DNA of 64,000 bases, taken from positions 2,272,001-2,336,000 of the forward strand of contig OY759746.1 of NCBI GenBank assembly GCA_963662795.1. The letters run 5' to 3'. Shown here in pieces: positions 51,558-61,017 of the stretch. How positions within the stretch are numbered: position 1 is the first letter of the stretch; the number at the start of each line of letters is the position of its first letter. The stretch comes from Spirochaetia bacterium. Lineage in GTDB: Bacteria; Spirochaetota; Spirochaetia; CADAEX01. The notes beneath the pieces are model-generated. The model saw nothing but the letters and a program-made list of their open reading frames with translations. It was not told the DNA's origin and ran no database searches. Both the position numbers and the translations under genes were made by a program.

Positions 51558-52417
51558 ATGCTATATCTAATAGGTATGATTTTGTGTATTTGTTCGATGT
51601 AAAAGATGGAAATCCCAACGGAGATCCAGATCAGGCAAATCTGCCAAGAAGTGATGCCGAAAATCAATATGGATTGGTTACCGATGTATGTTTAAAACGC
51701 AAAGTAAGAAATTATGTGATGATAAAGTACGAATTAAAATCTCCTCACGATATCTTCATTCGGCAAAGAGGTGTTTTGGATGAAGAAAAATATCTTAATC
51801 AGATAATTGATGAAGCAAACGGGGCTTCTCCAATAGAGAAAAGAGATAATCTGTCTGAACGTTTTTTTGATATTAGAACATTTGGCGCTGTTCTATCGAC
51901 TGGTGACGATAAAGTAGGCGCCGGCACTATCCGAGGTCCTGTACAGTTTGGGTTTGCCCGATCAGAGGATAGAATATTTCAAGCTGAACATTCAATTACT
52001 CGTTGTGTTGAAACCACAAAAAATGGTTTTGAAAAAAAGATAGAAAAACAGGAATTCCCATCTACTATGGGAAGAAAAGCTACAGTTCCTTATGGGCTAT
52101 ATAGGATGCATGGTTTTGTGTCTGCAATTGATGCCAGAAAAACAGGTTTCTCAGAAGATGATTTAGAATTACTCTGGGAATCTCTTTTAAATGCCTTTGA
52201 ACATGATCATTCTGCTGCACGCGGTGAGATGAATTCCCGAAAACTTATCGTATTCAAGCATGATAGTCATCTGGGAAATGCCCGCTCTGGAGAATTATTT
52301 GATCTTGTAAGAATCAACAAAGTAGAAAAATTACCGAGGTGTTGGACAGATTACAATGTTGATAAGATAAAAACGAATGATTTACCAAAAGGAATTCAAC
52401 TTATTGAGAAGCTTTGA
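51554..52417 (+). CDS. cas7: Cas7c/Csd2
   Basis: NRYDFVYLFDVKDGNPNGDP, TDVCLKRKVRN, FDIRTFGAV, HDHSAARG. Confidence 0.97.
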   Translation: MNAISNRYDFVYLFDVKDGNPNGDPDQANLPRSDAENQYGLVTDVCLKRKVRNYVMIKYELKSPHDIFIRQRGVLDEEKYLNQIIDEANGASPIEKRDNLSERFFDIRTFGAVLSTGDDKVGAGTIRGPVQFGFARSEDRIFQAEHSITRCVETTKNGFEKKIEKQEFPSTMGRKATVPYGLYRMHGFVSAIDARKTGFSEDDLELLWESLLNAFEHDHSAARGEMNSRKLIVFKHDSHLGNARSGELFDLVRINKVEKLPRCWTDYNVDKIKTNDLPKGIQLIEKL

Positions 52418-52450
52418 GAATTACCATAAGCCTGTTAACTTGCTTGGGTT

Positions 52451-52535
52451 CCGGGGCTCTGCCCCGGCGAAGGGGGTGCTGCGGGATCGCCGGGTGAAAG
52501 GCCGGAAGCCCGCAGCAGGGGGAAGGCTTTCCCCC
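52451..52535 (+). repeat. Structured 85-nt GC-rich repeat, copy 1
   Basis: Three hairpins; aligns without gaps to 60908-60992. Confidence 0.85.
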
Positions 52536-52613
52536 GCAGAATTCCCATGTCGACAGTGCTTGATGCAGGATGTTCCATTTTCCATTTGTAAGATATGCAG
52601 CATAATCAAATGA

Positions 52614-52674
52614 TTGACAGCACCTGAGATGGCGATTATCATGATATATGCTAACTATATTAGCGATTATCATG
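52614..52674 (+). promoter_or_regulatory. Sigma70 promoter of ATPase-cas4-cas1-cas2 with direct-repeat motif
   Basis: TTGACA(52614)-17 nt-TATCAT(52637); GCGATTATCATG at 52632 and 52663. Confidence 0.7.
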
Positions 52675-52687
52675 GAATTGGGGTTTT

Positions 52688-53860
52688 ATGAATAGGTACA
52701 CTAACCGGATACTTGATGTTTCGGCTCTCCTCAAAGAAAGATCGCTATTTCTTTTAGGGCCAAGACAAACCGGTAAATCATCGTTTGTGCGTGAAGAGCT
52801 GAAAAATTTACCTGTGCTTTCCTATAATCTTCTTGACAGCAATCTGCTGTTCAGACTAACTGCAGATCCTTCATATATGCGACAGGAAATTGAGGCGAAG
52901 AATCTTAAGGATTGTGTTGTATATATAGATGAAATTCAAAAGTGTCCGTTTCTGCTTGACGAAGTACATCTGCTTATTGAAGAAAGAGGAATCCGATTTC
53001 TTCTTACCGGTTCAAGTGCCAGAAAACTTAAGAGGGGTGGTGTAAACCTGCTGGGCGGAAGGGCTCGTACTAGGGCAATGCATCCTTTTGTTTATCCGGA
53101 GATAGCCGGAGCAGATTTTTCACTTGAAAGAGTTATGGAATGCGGTTTGATTCCGTCTCATTATCTATCAATGAACCCCGCGGAAGATCTTGCTGCTTAT
53201 GTGAATACCTATCTTGCGGAAGAGATAGCGGCGGAAGGTGCGGCCAGAAACCTGTCGGCTTTTTCGCGGTTTTTACAGGTGGCTGCCTCCACAAATGCAA
53301 AAATGCTTAATTATACCAATGTCGCAGGTGATGCCCAGATTCCAAGGCAAACTGTGAAATTGTGGTATCAGATCTTAACTGACACGCTTTTGGGTTATGA
53401 ATTATTGCCTTATGCTGCGACAGTTAAGAGAAAATCAATTGAAACTTCAAAATTTTATTTTTTTGATCTCGGAATTGTTAAAGCGCTCAGACGGTTACCA
53501 TTAGTTGCTCCTGAAAGCTCTGATTTCGGTGAATTTTTTGAGCATTTCATATTCATGGAACTGCGTTCATGGATTGATTACAGAAAACCGGATATCCCCT
53601 TATCATGGTGGCGATCTAAATCAGGTTTTGAAGTAGATTTTATACTTGGAGAAAAAATTGCCGTAGAAGTGAAATCAGCATCAATTATCCAGATAAAACA
53701 TTTAAGAGGCCTTAAAATCCTGATGGAGGAGGGAAAGATGAGCAGATACATTATTGTTTGCAGAGAACACAGGCAGCGTTTTGTTGATGGCATTCTGGTA
53801 ATGCCCTGGCAGGATTTCCTTGAACAGTTATGGGCTGACAAGTTTGCCGGAGATTTCTAG
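52688..53860 (+). CDS. AAA ATPase with DUF4143-like C-terminus
   Basis: LGPRQTGKS, IDEIQK, LTGSSA, LGGRA, KFYFFDLG, EVDF..AVEVKS. Confidence 0.9.
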   Translation: MNRYTNRILDVSALLKERSLFLLGPRQTGKSSFVREELKNLPVLSYNLLDSNLLFRLTADPSYMRQEIEAKNLKDCVVYIDEIQKCPFLLDEVHLLIEERGIRFLLTGSSARKLKRGGVNLLGGRARTRAMHPFVYPEIAGADFSLERVMECGLIPSHYLSMNPAEDLAAYVNTYLAEEIAAEGAARNLSAFSRFLQVAASTNAKMLNYTNVAGDAQIPRQTVKLWYQILTDTLLGYELLPYAATVKRKSIETSKFYFFDLGIVKALRRLPLVAPESSDFGEFFEHFIFMELRSWIDYRKPDIPLSWWRSKSGFEVDFILGEKIAVEVKSASIIQIKHLRGLKILMEEGKMSRYIIVCREHRQRFVDGILVMPWQDFLEQLWADKFAGDF

Positions 53861-53861
53861 T

Positions 53862-54521
53862 ATGTATAGTGAAGATGAACTTATCCCTATCTCCGCGCTT
53901 CAGCATGTACTGTTTTGTGAACGACAGTATGCCCTGATTCATCTTGAACAGGCGTGGGAAGAGAACCGCTTTACCGCAGAAGGACGTGTTCTTCATGAAA
54001 GAGTTGATATTGAACACCATGAGTCGAGGAAATTATTCAAGGTTGAATATGGAATGGCAATCAGGTCTCTGGAATATGGATTAATTGGAAAAGCTGATGT
54101 GGTGGAGTTCGAAAAAAATTCTGCCGGGGGGTATAGAAAAATAAATCCAGTTGAGTTCAAACGAGGAAGAAAAAAAGAAGAAGACTGTGACCGGGTTCAG
54201 CTTTGTGCCCAGACTTTATGCCTTGAAGAAATGTTTTCCATACCGGTAACAGAGGGGCAGTTTTATTACCTTCAGGAGCACCGGAGGTCATCTTTGGTTT
54301 TTGATTCTGATTTGCGGGTAAAGACGAAATTACTGATCCAGCGAATCATGGAAATTAATAAATCTTTGTTACTGCCTGCAGCGATATATCAGAAAAAGAA
54401 ATGTGATTTCTGTTCCCTGTTTGATATTTGCATGCCGAAAACACTTGATGCCGGAGGGAAGAATGTCTCACGGTATATAAAAGGCCAGTTGAAGATTGCC
54501 TTGAGTGAGGAAGTGAAGTGA
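53862..54521 (+). CDS. cas4: Cas4
   Basis: ISALQHVLFCERQ, GKADVVE, PVEFKRG, QLCAQ..CLEEM, CDFCSLFDIC. Confidence 0.96.
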   Translation: MYSEDELIPISALQHVLFCERQYALIHLEQAWEENRFTAEGRVLHERVDIEHHESRKLFKVEYGMAIRSLEYGLIGKADVVEFEKNSAGGYRKINPVEFKRGRKKEEDCDRVQLCAQTLCLEEMFSIPVTEGQFYYLQEHRRSSLVFDSDLRVKTKLLIQRIMEINKSLLLPAAIYQKKKCDFCSLFDICMPKTLDAGGKNVSRYIKGQLKIALSEEVK

Positions 54522-55549
54522 GAAAACTATTAAATACTTTGTATGTAAATACTCAGGGGAGTTATCTTCACCGGGAAGGTGAAACCATAATAGTTGAACA
54601 GGAACATAAAAAAGTTCTTCAACTGCCTGTTCATACAATAGGTAATGTTGTCTGTTTTGGCAACATAATGTGTTCCCCATCCTTGCTGGGACTTTGCGCG
54701 GAAAGGGATATTGGTTTTTCCTTCATGTCTGAATACGGGAGATTTCTTGCTGCTGTTAACGGGCCGGTGCGGGGAAATGTGCTTCTCCGCCGTGAACAAT
54801 ACAGAAAAGCTGATAATCCTGATATAACAGCAGGAATAGCCAAAAATATTATTGCAGCAAAACTCTCCAATTCCCGTGTTGTCCTAAACAGGGTGTTGAG
54901 GGATCATCCTGAAAAAACTGACTTCAATTCTTTGTCAGTTGCTTCAGAAAATATAGCAGGTCTGATGAATCAACTGGAGAGGATAAACAGTACGGATGAA
55001 GTGAGGGGGCTTGAAGGGACTGCTGCAGCACAGTATTTTGGAGTATTTAATCACCTGATTGTTGATCAGAAAGAAAGTTTTATTTTTAATGAGCGCAGCC
55101 GCAGGCCGCCGCTTGATTCTGTTAACGCACTTTTATCTTTTACCTACACAATTTTAGCTCATGATGTGCGGTCAGCTTTGGAAACAGTGGGACTTGATCC
55201 GGCCGTGGGATTTCTACACCGGGACCGTCCTGGCCGTCCAGGGCTGGCACTTGATATTATGGAGGAATTCCGTTCTGTGATTGCCGACCGGCTTGTTCTA
55301 ACATTGATCAATAGGCGCCAGATAAATCCTTCCGGCTTTACAAAAGCAGAAAACGGAGCTGTCGTAATGGATTCAGATACCAGAAAAATATTGTTAACCG
55401 AGTATCAAAACAGAAAGCAGACAGAAGTCTTTCACCCATACATTGAAGAAAAAATCCCAATAGGTCTGCTTTTTTATGTTCAGGCAAATCTTTTAGCCCG
55501 ATATTTAAGGGGAGATATTGACGGATACCCTTCTTTTTTCTGGAGGTGA
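54518..55549 (+). CDS. cas1: Cas1 (type I-C)
   Basis: MRKLLNTLYV, GNVLLRREQY, RGLEG, RSRRPPLD, GFLHRDRPGR, DIMEEFR. Confidence 0.98.
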   Translation: MRKLLNTLYVNTQGSYLHREGETIIVEQEHKKVLQLPVHTIGNVVCFGNIMCSPSLLGLCAERDIGFSFMSEYGRFLAAVNGPVRGNVLLRREQYRKADNPDITAGIAKNIIAAKLSNSRVVLNRVLRDHPEKTDFNSLSVASENIAGLMNQLERINSTDEVRGLEGTAAAQYFGVFNHLIVDQKESFIFNERSRRPPLDSVNALLSFTYTILAHDVRSALETVGLDPAVGFLHRDRPGRPGLALDIMEEFRSVIADRLVLTLINRRQINPSGFTKAENGAVVMDSDTRKILLTEYQNRKQTEVFHPYIEEKIPIGLLFYVQANLLARYLRGDIDGYPSFFWR

Positions 55550-55553
55550 GTTG

Positions 55554-55844
55554 ATGATGGTTCTTGTCAGTTATGATGTTGCAGTTACAAGTTCAGGCGG
55601 CCAGACCCGGTTAAGAAAGGTAGCAAAAACCTGTCAGAACTATGGTGAACGGGTTCAGTTTTCTGTGTTTGAATGTGTCGTGGATCCTGCTCAATGGACA
55701 AAGCTGAAAAATATTCTTGAGAATATAATAAAAAAAGAATCCGATAGCCTTCGGTATTATTACCTTGGGGCAAACTACAAAAACAGGGTTGAGCATGTAG
55801 GTGCCAAGCCCTCCCGTGATGTTGATGCTCCCATTATAGTATGA
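55554..55844 (+). CDS. cas2: Cas2
   Basis: MMVLVSYDV, RVQFSVFEC, DSLRYYYLG; GGAGG RBS. Confidence 0.97.
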   Translation: MMVLVSYDVAVTSSGGQTRLRKVAKTCQNYGERVQFSVFECVVDPAQWTKLKNILENIIKKESDSLRYYYLGANYKNRVEHVGAKPSRDVDAPIIV

Positions 55845-56019
55845 TGCGAACCCCCATGATACAGAAAACTCCGTACCTTTCGCAAATAAAATAAGTTATT
55901 GGTATATAAAGATCTTTGATATTCTAGAGAAGGAAGATTGAGAAAAAATAAATGTTATTTGGATGTTCGCATTATTGACTATATAAAGTCTTTTATAGTA
56001 AGTATTTAAATGTATATAA
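55845..56019 (+). promoter_or_regulatory. CRISPR leader
   Basis: AT-rich 175 nt between cas2 and the first repeat; TGCGAA (55845) with inverted TTCGCA (55879, 55966). Confidence 0.85.
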
Positions 56020-59000
56020 GTCGCTCCCCACGCGGGAGCGTGGATTGAAACACAGTTCCATATCTCACATGGTAATTTATATATCGTCGCTCCCCACGCG
56101 GGAGCGTGGATTGAAACCATTTGATATTGCCTATACAATGAGAGAAGAAATGTCGCTCCCCACGCGGGAGCGTGGATTGAAACAATCTGTAAATGACGAT
56201 GTTATCCTGGCAGATTCAGGTCGCTCCCCACGCGGGAGCGTGGATTGAAACATCAGACTGAAATCGCTCATATAAAAATCTTTCAAGTCGCTCCCCACGC
56301 GGGAGCGTGGATTGAAACAATATCCAAGCCGTTAACTGTTATTTTTTTATCAGTCGCTCCCCACGCGGGAGCGTGGATTGAAACGGACAAATACAAGCTG
56401 CAATGGGATATATGATAGGTCGCTCCCCACGCGGGAGCGTGGATTGAAACTTAAACACTAAGCGGTTTTAGCCTCCACCGCTTTGTCGCTCCCCACGCGG
56501 GAGCGTGGATTGAAACACTTGAAGGATCCATTGCATCTGAAGCAAGCTTTGTCGCTCCCCACGCGGGAGCGTGGATTGAAACCAGCCATAGAAGCAACAA
56601 ACCCATTATTATAAAGTCGCTCCCCACGCGGGAGCGTGGATTGAAACCCGAAAATGCAGAATGGATTGATGATTGGTTAGGTCGCTCCCCACGCGGGAGC
56701 GTGGATTGAAACCGGAAGAAGGAAAAGACGAAGGCGCAGCATTTTTAGTCGCTCCCCACGCGGGAGCGTGGATTGAAACTGCAAAAAAACCGGAAAAGAC
56801 CTTTTACAAAAAAGTCGCTCCCCACGCGGGAGCGTGGATTGAAACAAATAATGCTCTGCGCAAAGCGCGCAGGGCATTAGTCGCTCCCCACGCGGGAGCG
56901 TGGATTGAAACATCAATATTTTACAAGAGAATGGAATCTGGTTGATGTCGCTCCCCACGCGGGAGCGTGGATTGAAACGTAATCTTGATACAAGAGAAGT
57001 TGTAAAAATTATGTCGCTCCCCACGCGGGAGCGTGGATTGAAACCTTGTACTCTGTGCATAAGCCAGAGACTTGATCTGTCGCTCCCCACGCGGGAGCGT
57101 GGATTGAAACTGAACATTTAAGTTAGAGCTGTCATCCCCTTTTAGTCGCTCCCCACGCGGGAGCGTGGATTGAAACTTTCCCTTTATATCCATTATGTCA
57201 GGCTCCTGTCAGTCGCTCCCCACGCGGGAGCGTGGATTGAAACAAGCCCTTTAGTATGGAACTCATAATTAGATACAAGTCGCTCCCCACGCGGGAGCGT
57301 GGATTGAAACATATTGTCCCTGGCATCGTTGAATATTCCGAAAATGTCGCTCCCCACGCGGGAGCGTGGATTGAAACGGATTATTCGATACAAAAACAGG
57401 AATTAAACCAGAGTCGCTCCCCACGCGGGAGCGTGGATTGAAACTGGATAAATAAGGCTCTCCGCTTGCCGTTCGACAAGTCGCTCCCCACGCGGGAGCG
57501 TGGATTGAAACAAGAAAATCAGCATTACTCTGCATGGGCTTGTATGTCGCTCCCCACGCGGGAGCGTGGATTGAAACATTTTCATGGTTTTCGGATCGCT
57601 CTTGTAAAGGACGTCGCTCCCCACGCGGGAGCGTGGATTGAAACAGCTTATGCGGGGGATTTAGAGGATAATTTTGCCAGTCGCTCCCCACGCGGGAGCG
57701 TGGATTGAAACCTCTTCCGGTTTCTTTTTCGGATCTTCTACCGGGGTCGCTCCCCACGCGGGAGCGTGGATTGAAACAGGTAAATGAGAAGGGAATAATT
57801 AAGGGGTTCCAAGTCGCTCCCCACGCGGGAGCGTGGATTGAAACACTGCAAGCGTCCGGGTAAGTCTCAATTATCCGCGTCGCTCCCCACGCGGGAGCGT
57901 GGATTGAAACTTCCATAAAATTAAAATCCCTGTTTCCTTTTTTAGTCGCTCCCCACGCGGGAGCGTGGATTGAAACAATAAAGCATTCGCCGATATCCTC
58001 GACATAGCCCGGTCGCTCCCCACGCGGGAGCGTGGATTGAAACACGTTTATATATGGGAGTATAATAATGGAGAGCTGTCGCTCCCCACGCGGGAGCGTG
58101 GATTGAAACAAAGTGTGGGACATCTAACAATTTAGAGATACATCGTCGCTCCCCACGCGGGAGCGTGGATTGAAACCATTGCTTGTCAAAGTGCCTGATG
58201 TCATCATTTTGTCGCTCCCCACGCGGGAGCGTGGATTGAAACAATCCATATTATATTCATGCCCCCCTCCTTACTGTGTCGCTCCCCACGCGGGAGCGTG
58301 GATTGAAACTAATCGATTGGTTAGAATATGGAAAAGGACTGCATAGTCGCTCCCCACGCGGGAGCGTGGATTGAAACTATAGAATCACTTGTTCCTCTAC
58401 TAAAAGCTCCTGGTCGCTCCCCACGCGGGAGCGTGGATTGAAACCTAAAGAAGAGCCGAAACCATTGACAGCAGAACAGGTCGCTCCCCACGCGGGAGCG
58501 TGGATTGAAACATCGTTATACGAATTAAGATGTACAAATATTGAAGTCGCTCCCCACGCGGGAGCGTGGATTGAAACAACCCATTCGTTAGCAACCTATT
58601 CCATCGAATAGGTCGCTCCCCACGCGGGAGCGTGGATTGAAACCTGTGGTGGGCTTATAATAAAATATACAATGAACAGTCGCTCCCCACGCGGGAGCGT
58701 GGATTGAAACTTATAATAGTTACAATGTACACACTGACCATTAGGTCGCTCCCCACGCGGGAGCGTGGATTGAAACGTTATATGATATTCCGTATATTAA
58801 TATATGTATAGTCGCTCCCCACGCGGGAGCGTGGATTGAAACAATGTATACAATCTGATTAAGGATAAACGGATGATGTCGCTCCCCACGCGGGAGCGTG
58901 GATTGAAACTTTATCGGTTAGCCATAGCTTTTTGTCTTTTATCGTCGCTCCCCACGCGGGAGCGTGGATTGAAACCGTAATGTTATTATATAACCTGCGC

Positions 59001-60304
59001 AACTCTAAAGGTCGCTCCCCACGCGGGAGCGTGGATTGAAACTTTATCGGTTAGCCATAGCTTTTTGTCTTTTATCGTCGCTCCCCACGCGGGAGCGTGG
59101 ATTGAAACCGTAATGTTATTATATAACCTGCGCAACTCTAAAGGTCGCTCCCCACGCGGGAGCGTGGATTGAAACTGTGCGATTTTATTTGTAATTTTTA
59201 TTCCCATATCGTCGCTCCCCACGCGGGAGCGTGGATTGAAACAGATGATTTAAAATCATTTATTTGCTTGGTGTAGTCGCTCCCCACGCGGGAGCGTGGA
59301 TTGAAACACATATCCCGACAAACCACATGACTACGCACAAGTCGCTCCCCACGCGGGAGCGTGGATTGAAACATTTATATTGTTTATTAGTCTGTCATTT
59401 ATTACATGTCGCTCCCCACGCGGGAGCGTGGATTGAAACTCTTTCCGAGTTCTGCCGCAACTGCATCTTTTATTGTCGCTCCCCACGCGGGAGCGTGGAT
59501 TGAAACTAAATTTGCCTGTATTGTTGCCGCCTGATCTGCTGTCGCTCCCCACGCGGGAGCGTGGATTGAAACATGAGAAACTTTTTTTATTGCTTTATAC
59601 CATTTGGTCGCTCCCCACGCGGGAGCGTGGATTGAAACTAAATCCCCATCTTTTACAGTGCGGACTGCCACAGGTCGCTCCCCACGCGGGAGCGTGGATT
59701 GAAACAAAATGTTGATGTAACGCCGCTTGTAGATTTTGCAAGTCGCTCCCCACGCGGGAGCGTGGATTGAAACATTGAAACATCTTTTAAATTACCAATT
59801 TGTGAAGGTCGCTCCCCACGCGGGAGCGTGGATTGAAACTTAATAAATTGTTCCTGTCGTCATTTGTTAATATGTCGCTCCCCACGCGGGAGCGTGGATT
59901 GAAACAGGTGTATAATAATTTTTACATTTTGTGTTATTAGGTCGCTCCCCACGCGGGAGCGTGGATTGAAACCCAAAAAGCCATTATGTCCTCCTACGGC
60001 TCACAGGGTCGCTCCCCACGCGGGAGCGTGGATTGAAACATTATAAACCATGCTGCCATAATAAAACAGATAGGTCGCTCCCCACGCGGGAGCGTGGATT
60101 GAAACTAAACTATCAAACCATAGACAAACATACTCATGAGTCGCTCCCCACGCGGGAGCGTGGATTGAAACTAAACTATCAAACCATAGACAAACATACT
60201 CATGAGTCGCTCCCCACGCGGGAGCGTGGATTGAAACAGCCATCTATTTGATTTATCATTAAATCTTGCTCTGTCGCTCCCCACGCGGGAGCGTGGATTG
60301 AAAC
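56020..60304 (+). CRISPR. Type I-C CRISPR array: 65 repeats and 64 spacers (manual count)
   Basis: 32-nt repeat GTCGCTCCCCACGCGGGAGCGTGGATTGAAAC, no variant seen, spacers about 33-36 nt. Confidence 0.99.
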
Positions 60305-60529
60305 AAGGATTGCATGGAACTTTATCTCATGGGTTTGGTAAAACTATTGTTTCTGGAAGCTGCAACATCTGAAGATGACCTCAAAAATCCCCCATCAAAT
60401 CATTTTAAGCGGCTAAAAGGTAATATGAAAGGTTATTGCTCAATACGAATTAACAGGTAGTGGAGAATACAATTCAAAATCAAGGATGGAGAATTGTTTG
60501 ATGTTTCGATAGTGGATTATCACTCATAG
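60305..60529 (+). pseudogene. higB: higB (RelE-family toxin) pseudogene
   Basis: KDCMELYLMG-LVKLLFLEAATSEDDLKNPPSNHFKRLKGNMKGYCSIRINR*WRIQF...VSIVDYHS*; N-terminal residues of the family appear missing; internal TAG at 60458. Confidence 0.85.
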
Positions 60530-60539
60530 GATGGAAAAT

Positions 60540-60855
60540 ATGGATAAAATAATTATAGAAACCCCTAAAATTGGAGATATCATAAAGGAAGAATTCCTTG
60601 AGCCCCTTGGGATATCCTTACAGGTTTGCCAAAGATATTAAAGTTTCTACAAGTTTAGTTCTGGATCTGATTCATAACAGAAGAAAAATAACTGTAGAAA
60701 TGGCTCTTCGTCTTTCAAAATATTTCAATACTTCTTAAAAATTCTGGGTAAACCTTCAGAATGAACTGGATCTGTGTGAGATTAGAGGCAAAATGGCTGA
60801 AGAAATAGATAAAATCCCGGTAATTGTACATTCAACAGATAAAACACTTTTCTGA
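60540..60855 (+). pseudogene. higA: higA (HTH antitoxin) pseudogene
   Basis: MDKIIIETPKIGDIIKEEFLEPLGIS, frameshift, YRFAKDIKV...ITVEMALRLSKYFNTS*KFWVNLQ. Confidence 0.85.
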
Positions 60856-60907
60856 TTGGTTTATTTTCTTTTGTTTTAACTGATTATGACAAGGGACAGA
60901 CAGGATT

Positions 60908-60992
60908 CCGGGGCAGTGCCCCGGCGAAGGGGGTGCGGCAAGATCACCGGACACAAGGCCGGAAGCTTGCCGCAGGGGGAAGGCCTTCCCCC
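60908..60992 (+). repeat. Structured 85-nt GC-rich repeat, copy 2
   Basis: Same three-hairpin layout as 52451-52535 with compensatory substitutions. Confidence 0.85.
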
Positions 60993-61017
60993 CCCTGATG
61001 CAGCCGGATGTTATGAT

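Noticed and set aside
52418-52687. CreTA-like or mini-array element between cas7 and the ATPase, and short ORFs there
   Set aside because: No degenerate copy of the CRISPR repeat found; the ORFs just translate the GC-rich structured repeat
56517-56550. Spacer 8 resembles clpX (12333-12355, minus strand), about 20 of the first 23 nt
   Set aside because: The 3' third does not match, there is a mismatch at position 2, and the flank is AAT rather than the I-C TTC PAM; probably chance. A full self-target search was not possible by eye
55896-60251. Many ORFs (up to 284 aa) across the CRISPR array
   Set aside because: Artefacts of translating the repeat (VSIHAPAWGAT, FQSTLPRGER, SLPTRERGLK)
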